Assembly (NCBI GenBank): GCA_046758745.1
Contig: JBHIAV010000071.1
Location: 1-10,699 of the forward strand
Direction of reading: 5' to 3'
From: Gemmatimonadota bacterium
GTDB lineage: Bacteria; Gemmatimonadota; Gemmatimonadetes; Palauibacterales; Palauibacteraceae
DNA: 10,699 bases
Within the stretch, counting starts at the first letter, position 1, and each line of letters begins with the position of its first letter. Positions 1 to 6,173 of this stretch are shown piece by piece. Below the pieces are notes generated by a model that worked only from the letters and a program-made list of their open reading frames with translations, ran no database searches and was not told the DNA's origin. The position numbers and the translations under genes are program-made.

Positions 1-32
1 AAAAAGGCGCCCGCCGTTGTGCGGGCGCCTTT
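1..32 (-). terminator. Intrinsic (Rho-independent) terminator downstream of the cold-shock protein gene
   Basis: Perfect inverted repeat AAAGGCGCCCGC (3-14) / GCGGGCGCCTTT (21-32) with a 6-nt loop. On the - strand the GC stem is followed by at least 5 U (A1-A5). It lies about 40 nt past the csp stop. The shorter TTT on + may allow bidirectional use. Confidence 0.85.
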
Positions 33-73
33 CCCCTGCTACCTGTGCGAGCGAAGCTGTGCCTGCGTAAGGC

Positions 74-283
74 TCAGCCGATCTTCACCACGTTCTTGGC
101 CTTGGGGCCGCGGCCCTCCTCGGCGAGGTCGAACTCTACCAGGTCGCCCTCGTCGAGCGAACGGAAGCCCTCACCGGTGATCTCCGAGAAGTGGATGAAG
201 GCATCCTTTCCGCCCTCGTACGAGACGAAGCCGTACCCTTTCTCGTTGTTGAACCACTTCACGGTTCCCCTCAGTCGCGACAT
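74..283 (-). CDS. cspA: Cold-shock protein (CspA family, S1-like OB-fold RNA chaperone), 69 aa
   Basis: [20 protein letters not shown]...[39 protein letters not shown] carries the RNP1 (KGYGFV) and RNP2 (AFIHF) motifs. ATG at 283 is preceded by AGGAG (294-298, - strand), so it is preferred over the GTG at 292. The paralogue letter cannot be determined. Confidence 0.96.
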   Translation of the reverse strand: MSRLRGTVKWFNNEKGYGFVSYEGGKDAFIHFSEITGEGFRSLDEGDLVEFDLAEEGRGPKAKNVVKIG

Positions 284-441
284 TGATCGCACTCTCCTGC
301 TGAGATCAATCCTCCGACGCCGGTCTGCGACCTGACATGCATGCCGCGACCTCGCCCCTACCGCTCCCGGCCTACGCCGCGGAGAAGTGCCGCCGATGAC
401 ATGATCGCGAGGTGGACCTGCCGGATGCGTTGGATTTCCTC

Positions 442-478
442 AAAAAGAAAAGGCCCCCCGCTCCGATCCCGGGAGGGC
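442..478 (-). terminator. Terminator-like hairpin with U-tract inside the csp 5' leader (possible attenuator)
   Basis: The - strand reads GCCCUCC-cgggaucggagc-GGGGGGC-CUUUUCUUUUU: a 7-bp GC-rich stem (one G-U pair) followed by 9 U in 10 nt. Confidence 0.6.
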
Positions 479-528
479 TGCGTCCCGCGTCCGCGTTCAG
501 TGTCGTCCGGCGTGCACCATTAGCGATA

Positions 529-556
529 ATGATAAGAGCCTCCCCTGGTTTGTCAA
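529..556 (-). promoter_or_regulatory. Sigma70-type promoter for csp (predicted TSS about 522)
   Basis: The - strand has TTGACA (556-551), a 16-nt spacer and TATCAT (534-529): a perfect -35 and a 5/6 -10 in a locally AT-rich patch, about 240 nt upstream of the csp ATG. Confidence 0.7.
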
Positions 557-699
557 GACTTTGTCGCCTTTCCCCTTGCGGTGCATCCGGCTGTCCTTCC
601 CCTCACCGTACATCCGGGGGGGCGCGCTTGCCCCCAATGGTGTCGGCGTGACAGCTTGTGGCTCCAATTCACCACACGACCCTCTACCGCGGCGGTGAC

Positions 700-2241
700 G
701 TGCGAAGACTCAAGGTGGGTGTTCTCGATCTGGTGACAAAGAGCCCGACGAAGGCTCTGTGGGCTCGCGTGATGCACCCGAACCTGGCCAGCATCATGCC
801 CCAGGCGATCGCGGTGTGGTGCGAGAAGGCGGGACACGAGGTGCGTTATGTCTGTTTCACGGGCTTCGAGAACCTGCTCGAGGATCTGCCCCGGGAGATG
901 GACATCCTGTTCATCGGGGCGTTCACGCAGGCCGCGCAGCTCGCCTACGCGCTCAGCAACCTCTTCCGTCAGCGGGGTACGATCACGGTACTCGGAGGCC
1001 CACACGCGCGGTGTTTCCCCGACGACGCTTGTCGATATTTCGACTACGTGCTCGGCTTCACGGACCGGGAGCTGATCGATCGCGTCTTGCGGGAGCGAAG
1101 CCGCCAGCGACCCGTCGGGGTTCACCTCAGCGCGGCAGGTCAGCCGGACCAGCTCCCGGGTCTCCGGGAGCGCTGGCCCTTCATCGCACCGACGCTCGCC
1201 AAGTCGCCGACCAGCTTGAAGACCGTGCCCATGATCGCGAGCCTCGGCTGCCCGTACACTTGCAGCTTCTGCATCGACTCGGTGGTGGACTACCAGCCGG
1301 TGGATCCCGACTGGCTCCGGGAGGACCTTCGCTTCCTCGTACGCGAGATGCCGAAGGCCTGGGTGGGATGGCACGACCCGAACTTCGGCGTGCGCTTCGA
1401 CGAGTGCCTCTCGGCTATCGAGGATGTCATCGGGAGCGGCAACCTGTCGTTCGTCGCGGAAAGCAGCCTTTCGCTTCTTTCCGAGCCACGACTGAAGCGG
1501 CTGCGTGATGCCGGCTTTCAGGCGATCCTTCCCGGAATCGAGTCGTGGTACACCCTCGGCAACAAGTCCAAGACGGGAAAGCGCTCGGGGATGGACAAGG
1601 TCCAAGCCGTGTCGAGCCACGTGAACATGATTCTCCGGTACATTCCCTACGTGCAGACGAACTTCGTGCTCGGCCTGGACGAGGACGAGGGCGGCGAACC
1701 GTTCGAGCTGACCAAACGGTTCATCGATCTGACGCCGGGCGCCTTTCCGGGCTATTCATTGCTTTCGGCTTTCGGGGAGGCCGCTCCCCTCAACCTCGAG
1801 CTGCAGCGGGACGAACGAGTGTTGCCGTTCCCCTTCCATTTCCTCAACAACAACCAGGCCATGAACGTGCGGCCGCTAAACTACGGGTGGCCGGAGTTCT
1901 ACGATTGGGTGATCGATCTCACCAGGTACACGTTCTCCTGGAGGGCCATCGCCCGACGGGCCAGTGCGACGCAGTCCGGCTTCGCCAAGTGGATGAACGT
2001 GGTGCGGGCGATCTCCTCGGAGGGGTTCGGCCGCATCCGATACTACACGGCCGTCCGGAAACATCTCGAAACCGACCGGCAGTTTCGGCGCTTCTTCGAG
2101 GGAGAGACGGCGGAGATCCCGTCCTTCTACGTGGAGCGGGTCAAACGCGACCTCGGGCCGCTGTGGGAGTATCTGCCGGCTGATGCGCTCCGGCACGACC
2201 CCAACGCCTTCCTCAAGAAGATCGAGGGCCAGGCGGCGTGA
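700..2241 (+). CDS. Cobalamin (B12)-binding domain radical SAM protein, about 513 aa, substrate unknown
   Basis: CxxxCxxC motif in SLGCPYTCSFC. The N-terminal Rossmann-like B12-binding region has DILFIGAFT...ITVLGGPHA. Core motifs WHDPNF, GFQAILPGIES and NFVLGLDED are typical of class B radical SAM proteins. GTG 700 (MRRLKVGVLDLV) is preferred; the in-frame GTG at 658 is an alternative start. Confidence 0.9.
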   Translation: MRRLKVGVLDLVTKSPTKALWARVMHPNLASIMPQAIAVWCEKAGHEVRYVCFTGFENLLEDLPREMDILFIGAFTQAAQLAYALSNLFRQRGTITVLGGPHARCFPDDACRYFDYVLGFTDRELIDRVLRERSRQRPVGVHLSAAGQPDQLPGLRERWPFIAPTLAKSPTSLKTVPMIASLGCPYTCSFCIDSVVDYQPVDPDWLREDLRFLVREMPKAWVGWHDPNFGVRFDECLSAIEDVIGSGNLSFVAESSLSLLSEPRLKRLRDAGFQAILPGIESWYTLGNKSKTGKRSGMDKVQAVSSHVNMILRYIPYVQTNFVLGLDEDEGGEPFELTKRFIDLTPGAFPGYSLLSAFGEAAPLNLELQRDERVLPFPFHFLNNNQAMNVRPLNYGWPEFYDWVIDLTRYTFSWRAIARRASATQSGFAKWMNVVRAISSEGFGRIRYYTAVRKHLETDRQFRRFFEGETAEIPSFYVERVKRDLGPLWEYLPADALRHDPNAFLKKIEGQAA

Positions 2242-2984
2242 GTTCGGGGACCATCCGGCCCGGCGCACTGGTCGCTGCTCTCCTCTGGGCATGCGCGCCG
2301 CCGGGACAGGCGCCGCCTGAAACGGCCGAAGCACTTAACACCCGGGGCATCTCGTACGCGGCGGCGGGCCACCACGAGCGTGCACTCGCTCTCTTCGACT
2401 CGGCCCTGGCCATCGAGCCCGACCACGCGTCGGCTCTCTCCAACCGAGGAGTCGCGAACTTCGAGCTGGCCCGGTGGGACCGGGCGCTGGCCGACTTCGA
2501 CCGCGTGGTCCAGTTGAGGCCGGGAGAGGCAAAGAGCTACTACGACCGGGCGTACGTTCTCGACGTGAAGGGCGAGTACGCCGAGGCCGCGGCGGATCTG
2601 ACGCGGGCGATCGAGCTCGACCCGAGCTTCGCGGACGCGTACCTGAACCGCGGAACCATCCACGCGAAGACGGGGGACTTGGAGCGCGCGGTGGCGGATT
2701 TCACCAGGGCGATCGAGCTCGCCCCGAGTGTTGCGGCGTACAAGAACCGCGGGATCGCGCACCTGCGGGCCGGACGGTTCCAGGCGGCAGTTCGCGACTT
2801 CTCCGAGATCATCAGGCGGGAGCCGGTCGAGGCCCGGCACTATCTGAGGCGTGGCCGCGCCTACCTCGGGCTCGGCGACCGGCCGAGCGCAGAGGCGGAT
2901 TTCCGTCACCTCCTGGAGCTCACCGGAAACCCCGCGATCCGGAAGCAAGCCATCGCGAAGCTACGGGAGCTGGGTGCCATCTGA
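2238..2984 (+). CDS. Tetratricopeptide-repeat lipoprotein (about 6 TPRs, NlpI-like consensus), 248 aa
   Basis: Six consecutive ~34-aa TPRs (e.g. ADAYLNRGTIHAKTGDLERAVADFTRAIELAP). Hydrophobic N-terminus with a lipobox-like LWA-C19. GTGA start/stop overlap with the radical SAM gene (2238-2241). Confidence 0.9.
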   Translation: MSSGTIRPGALVAALLWACAPPGQAPPETAEALNTRGISYAAAGHHERALALFDSALAIEPDHASALSNRGVANFELARWDRALADFDRVVQLRPGEAKSYYDRAYVLDVKGEYAEAAADLTRAIELDPSFADAYLNRGTIHAKTGDLERAVADFTRAIELAPSVAAYKNRGIAHLRAGRFQAAVRDFSEIIRREPVEARHYLRRGRAYLGLGDRPSAEADFRHLLELTGNPAIRKQAIAKLRELGAI

Positions 2985-3004
2985 CTCGCGGAGACGTACA
3001 TGAC

Positions 3005-3064
3005 CGGAGCGGTCTCCACCGCAGCTACCGGCTGCGCGGCTCTCTTGCGGTGGGATGCTCTCCG
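3005..3064. other. GC-rich stem-loop between the convergent TPR and carbonic anhydrase genes
   Basis: CCACCGCA (3016-3023) / TGCGGTGG (3046-3053), extended by GAGC/GCTC outer pairs. No U-tract, so at most an atypical terminator or 3'-end stabiliser. Confidence 0.35.
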
Positions 3065-3115
3065 CTCGACAGCGTGGGCGCGTACGCCGCAGGCTCTGCG
3101 CGTCGCCCCCGCGCG

Positions 3116-3637
3116 TCACGCTTCCTGGAGCCGACCCGCTTCCTGTCGGCTCACCTCGCGGAGACGGCCGCTCTCCACCTCGAAGACGAAGCCGCGAACC
3201 TTGTCCTTGCGCGGGATGAAGCGGCTGGCCTCGATGCGGGCGAGCGACTGTCGGACGTCCTCCTCCGGGTCGCCGAACGCCTCCAGGGCAAAGGGCGGCC
3301 GTAGGCCCACATCCGCCGTGATCTCGGCTTTCACGCCGTCATCCGTGAAGGTGAGCATTCCGCAATCGGTGTGATGGATCAGGATGATCTCCTCCGTGCC
3401 CAGAAGCCTCTGGGATATGAGGAGCGAGCGGATGACGTCATCCGTGATCACGCCGCCGGCATTTCGGATGACGTGCGCTTCTCCCTCCTCGAGTCCGAGG
3501 ATCCGATACACGTCCAGTCTCGCATCCATGCACGCCACCACAGCTACCTTCTTGGAAGGAGGCATGGGAAGGTCGCCCTTGCCGAACGACTTCGCGAAAG
3601 CATCGTTGTTCCTGAGCAGTTCTTCCGTGATGGACAT
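3116..3637 (-). CDS. Beta-class carbonic anhydrase, clade D / Cab type (Rv1284/MtcA1-like), 173 aa
   Basis: Zn-ligand motifs VACMDAR (C-x-D-x-R) and IHHTDCGM (H-x-x-C), plus AHVIRNAGG, SLLISQRLLGTEEI and VRGFVFEVESGRLREV. ATG 3637 (MSITEELL) is preceded by GGGAGAGG. Confidence 0.95.
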   Translation of the reverse strand: MSITEELLRNNDAFAKSFGKGDLPMPPSKKVAVVACMDARLDVYRILGLEEGEAHVIRNAGGVITDDVIRSLLISQRLLGTEEIILIHHTDCGMLTFTDDGVKAEITADVGLRPPFALEAFGDPEEDVRQSLARIEASRFIPRKDKVRGFVFEVESGRLREVSRQEAGRLQEA

Positions 3638-3839
3638 CGTACCTCTCCCAATGATCGATCGAAGAGTCAAAGACGCAGCCCCTCCGCCAGGGGCGGCTGA
3701 GCAGAGTACTCTCGGGTGGTCTGTCTAGAGGGAGCGCGACGAGGCGGCCCTCGGGTGTACCTCCCGAGAGCCGGTACAGGCGGTCAGTGGGGCAGGCGTG
3801 AGACGGATCATAACCATGAATCCATAACGCGTGGCCGCC

Positions 3840-3862
3840 GATGGCGCCAGGGCCGCGCCATC
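3840..3862 (-). terminator. Stem-loop just downstream of the glnA stop
   Basis: GATGGCGC (3840-3847) / GCGCCATC (3855-3862): a perfect 8-bp stem with a 7-nt loop, 13 nt after the stop codon. No U-tract. Confidence 0.35.
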
Positions 3863-3875
3863 CCCCGGGCTCGCC

Positions 3876-5294
3876 TCACAGCTCCATGTGGTGCTCCAGA
3901 TCGAGAGGGGAGATGTAGAGCCGGAACTTCTCGAAGTCGGACAGCTTCGTCTCGAGAAGCTTGCTCACCACCTGCTCGCCGAAGGTCTCCTGCAGCAGCT
4001 CGCTCCGCTCGGCCTCCTGGATCGCCTCGTACAGGTCGTGCGGCATCGAGCGTATATCGAGATGCTCGCGCTCCACCGGCGTCAGCTCGTACAGGTCCCG
4101 CGTCATAGGCTCGGGCAGCGGCAGCTTCCGATCGATCCCGTCCAGCCCTGCGGCCAGCATGGCGGCGAAGGCCAGGTACGGGTTGCACGCCGCGTCCGGG
4201 AAGCGGAGCTCGATGCGCGTCGCCTGCTCCTTGCCGGGCTTGTATACGGGAACCCGAACCAGAGCCGACCGGTTACGCTCCGCCCATGCGATGTACACCG
4301 GGGCCTCGAACCCCACCACCAGTCGCTTGTACGAGTTGAACCACTGATTGGTGATCAGCGCCATCTCGCGAGCGTGATCCAGCACGCCTCCTATGAAGTG
4401 CTTTGCCAGTGGGGAGAGGTGGTACGCATCGTCTTTGGCGAAGAAAGCGTTGGTCTTCTCGTCCCTGAACAGCGAGAGGTGGGTGTGCATGCCGCTCCCG
4501 TTCTCGCCGTACAACGGCTTCGGCATGAAGGTGGCGTGAACCCCGTTTCGCCGCGCGATCTCCTTCACCAGCCACTTGTGAGTCTGGAGGGCGTCGGCCA
4601 TGCGCAGCGCTTCCTGGTACTTCAGATCGATTTCGTGCTGGCTGGGCCCGACCTCGTGGTGCATGTACTCGACGGGGATCGCCATCGACTCCAGGGCGAA
4701 TACCGTGGCCTCCCGCAGGTCGTCGCCGAGATCGACGGGCACGATGTCGAAGTACCCGGCCTTGTCGATGATCGTAGAGCCCTCGCCATCCTGAAAGTAG
4801 TAGTACTCGGCCTCGGGCCCGATATACATGCGCGAGGCATCGTAGCCTGCGAGCCGGCCGAGACATCGCTTCAGCACCTGTCGCGGGTCGCTCTGGTACG
4901 GGCTCCCATCGGGGTTTCTGATCTCGGCGAACATCCTGATCGACAGGGATCCACCGATCTTGAACGGGATGAGTTGGGCGGTGGACGCGATCGGTACCGC
5001 CACCATGTCGCTCTCGTGGATCCTCTGGTAGCCCTCGATCGAGGAGCCGTCGAATCCCATCCCTTCGTCGAAAGCTCCCGGAAGCTCCCCGGGTGTGATG
5101 GCGAACGACTTCAGGAATCCCAGGACGTCGGTGAACCAGAGCCGTATCGAGGTGATCCCGTGCTCGGTGCAGTACCCGATCACTTCATCCGGCCTCGAAA
5201 GCGTGAGACCGGTGGGACTCCCCCGCTCCTTGACGTACAGCTCCATCTTGTCCCGGAACTCCTCGACCACGGAAAGGAATGCGCGGCTGTCCAT
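3876..5294 (-). CDS. glnA: Glutamine synthetase type I (GSI-alpha-like), 472 aa
   Basis: IRLWFTDVLGFLKS, MGFDGSSIEG..RIHESDM, GPEAEY, HHEVGPSQHEI, ATFMPKPLYGENGSGMHTHLSL, NSYKRLVVGFEAP, NRSALVRVP and RIELRFPDAACNPYLAFA. ATG 5294 has a strong RBS GAAGGAGG (5302-5309), so the ORF-track extension to 5525 is not coding. Confidence 0.95.
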   Translation of the reverse strand: MDSRAFLSVVEEFRDKMELYVKERGSPTGLTLSRPDEVIGYCTEHGITSIRLWFTDVLGFLKSFAITPGELPGAFDEGMGFDGSSIEGYQRIHESDMVAVPIASTAQLIPFKIGGSLSIRMFAEIRNPDGSPYQSDPRQVLKRCLGRLAGYDASRMYIGPEAEYYYFQDGEGSTIIDKAGYFDIVPVDLGDDLREATVFALESMAIPVEYMHHEVGPSQHEIDLKYQEALRMADALQTHKWLVKEIARRNGVHATFMPKPLYGENGSGMHTHLSLFRDEKTNAFFAKDDAYHLSPLAKHFIGGVLDHAREMALITNQWFNSYKRLVVGFEAPVYIAWAERNRSALVRVPVYKPGKEQATRIELRFPDAACNPYLAFAAMLAAGLDGIDRKLPLPEPMTRDLYELTPVEREHLDIRSMPHDLYEAIQEAERSELLQETFGEQVVSKLLETKLSDFEKFRLYISPLDLEHHMEL

Positions 5295-5574
5295 CGATCG
5301 GCCTCCTTCAACCGGAGATTCGCGTGTCTGTGGGGAGCATCGCCGCGAGCGCCGGGGCGGTGCCTCCGGACGGTCCGGCCGACCCCAAGGTACGTGATCG
5401 AGTCGGACTGGAGAAAGGGAGAAGAGGAGCCGGCGGCGGAACGCAGCTCGGGGGTGGGGGCGGCAGGCAGCCTCGCCGCGCTGGCTGCGAGATGTCGATG
5501 CGGCCCGGCCCGGCTCAGGCGGCAATCTCCCGTCTGATCGACTCGGCCTCTTCCGGCGACCGGGACGGGCGGGC

Positions 5575-5928
5575 TCAGGTCGGCAAAGCCGGGGATCTGG
5601 CCGTCAGAGCGACGAGGGGCGCTCGTCCGTCGATCGCCCGCCAGATGTCGTTCCGGTCGAGATTGGCGAGCCGGATGCGAATCGCGCGGATACGGCTTAG
5701 GAGCTCGTCCCGCTCGTGCAACCGGCGACGCGCCTCGCTCAGCTGGAGCATGGCGTTCGAGGCCCATGCCGTCCGCTCCCACTCGCGAACCGCCCGCCTG
5801 GCGCGCCGGTACTCGGCCTCGAGCTTTGCGAGCTCGTCCTTCGGCCCCGGGCGCGCCGAACGGAGATCCGTCCTCGGCGCCGATCCGGCTACCGCCCCAT
5901 TTCGTCGATCGATCATGTCGAGGATCAT
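5575..5928 (-). CDS. Hypothetical helical / coiled-coil protein, 117 aa
   Basis: ATG 5928 follows GGAGGT (5935-5940). The core is an amphipathic helix pair: KDELAKLEAEYRRARRAVREWE...LQLSEARRRLHERDELLSRIRAIRIRLANLDR. No family was recognised. Confidence 0.7.
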   Translation of the reverse strand: MILDMIDRRNGAVAGSAPRTDLRSARPGPKDELAKLEAEYRRARRAVREWERTAWASNAMLQLSEARRRLHERDELLSRIRAIRIRLANLDRNDIWRAIDGRAPLVALTARSPALPT

Positions 5929-6060
5929 CGTGCCACCTCCGTGACTCCCCCTTGTTATGCGCACGCGCGGTCAAGCGACGATCAAGCTCCGTCCGCGCCG
6001 TCCGTGGCGCGGCAGCCGGGCGCAACGGCCCGCCGCGGAAGAGGAGAGGGTCAAGCTGTT

Positions 6061-6087
6061 GGAACCGAGGGCCTCCCCCGGACCGTT
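6061..6087 (+). promoter_or_regulatory. Putative ECF sigma factor promoter
   Basis: GGAAC (6061-6065), an 18-nt spacer and CGTT (6084-6087) resemble the SigR/SigH/EcfG-type consensus GGAAY-N17-19-GTT. It lies about 90 nt upstream of the lipoprotein start at 6174. Confidence 0.45.
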
Positions 6088-6173
6088 CTTGTTGATGAGA
6101 GGGAGCTCGAAGGACGGACCACCGGGCAGCCCGTCCGTCAGGAGCGGGCCCGGGTCAGTGTTGAGAGGACACC

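Noticed and set aside
553-1620. 355-aa - strand ORF and other ORFs overlapping the radical SAM gene
   Set aside because: Antisense or alternate-frame shadows of a well-supported gene in GC-rich DNA, with no motifs.
2985-3167. 12-bp direct repeat CTCGCGGAGACG (2985-2996 and 3156-3167)
   Set aside because: Only two copies, one of them inside the CA coding sequence. No array and no mobile element, so probably chance.
5295-5525. 77-aa N-terminal extension of glnA in the ORF track
   Set aside because: Low-complexity R/P-rich translation. The strong RBS GAAGGAGG sits directly before ATG 5294.
3831-5537. 568-aa + strand ORF
   Set aside because: Mirror-frame antisense of glnA, typical of high-GC3 genes. 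No independent motifs or RBS.
5921-5958. Possible sigma54 site (TGGCACGATGATCC on -) and GTGAC-N8-GTTAT palindrome upstream of the glnA cluster
   Set aside because: The -12 TTGC element is missing and the site overlaps an RBS and start codon. The palindrome does not match GlnR/TnrA or NtcA spacing.
6083-6117. Stem CCGTTCTT...AAGGACGG loosely resembling the glnA (glutamine) riboswitch ends
   Set aside because: It is on the wrong strand for glnA, lacks the internal conserved core, and overlaps the putative ECF -10 element.
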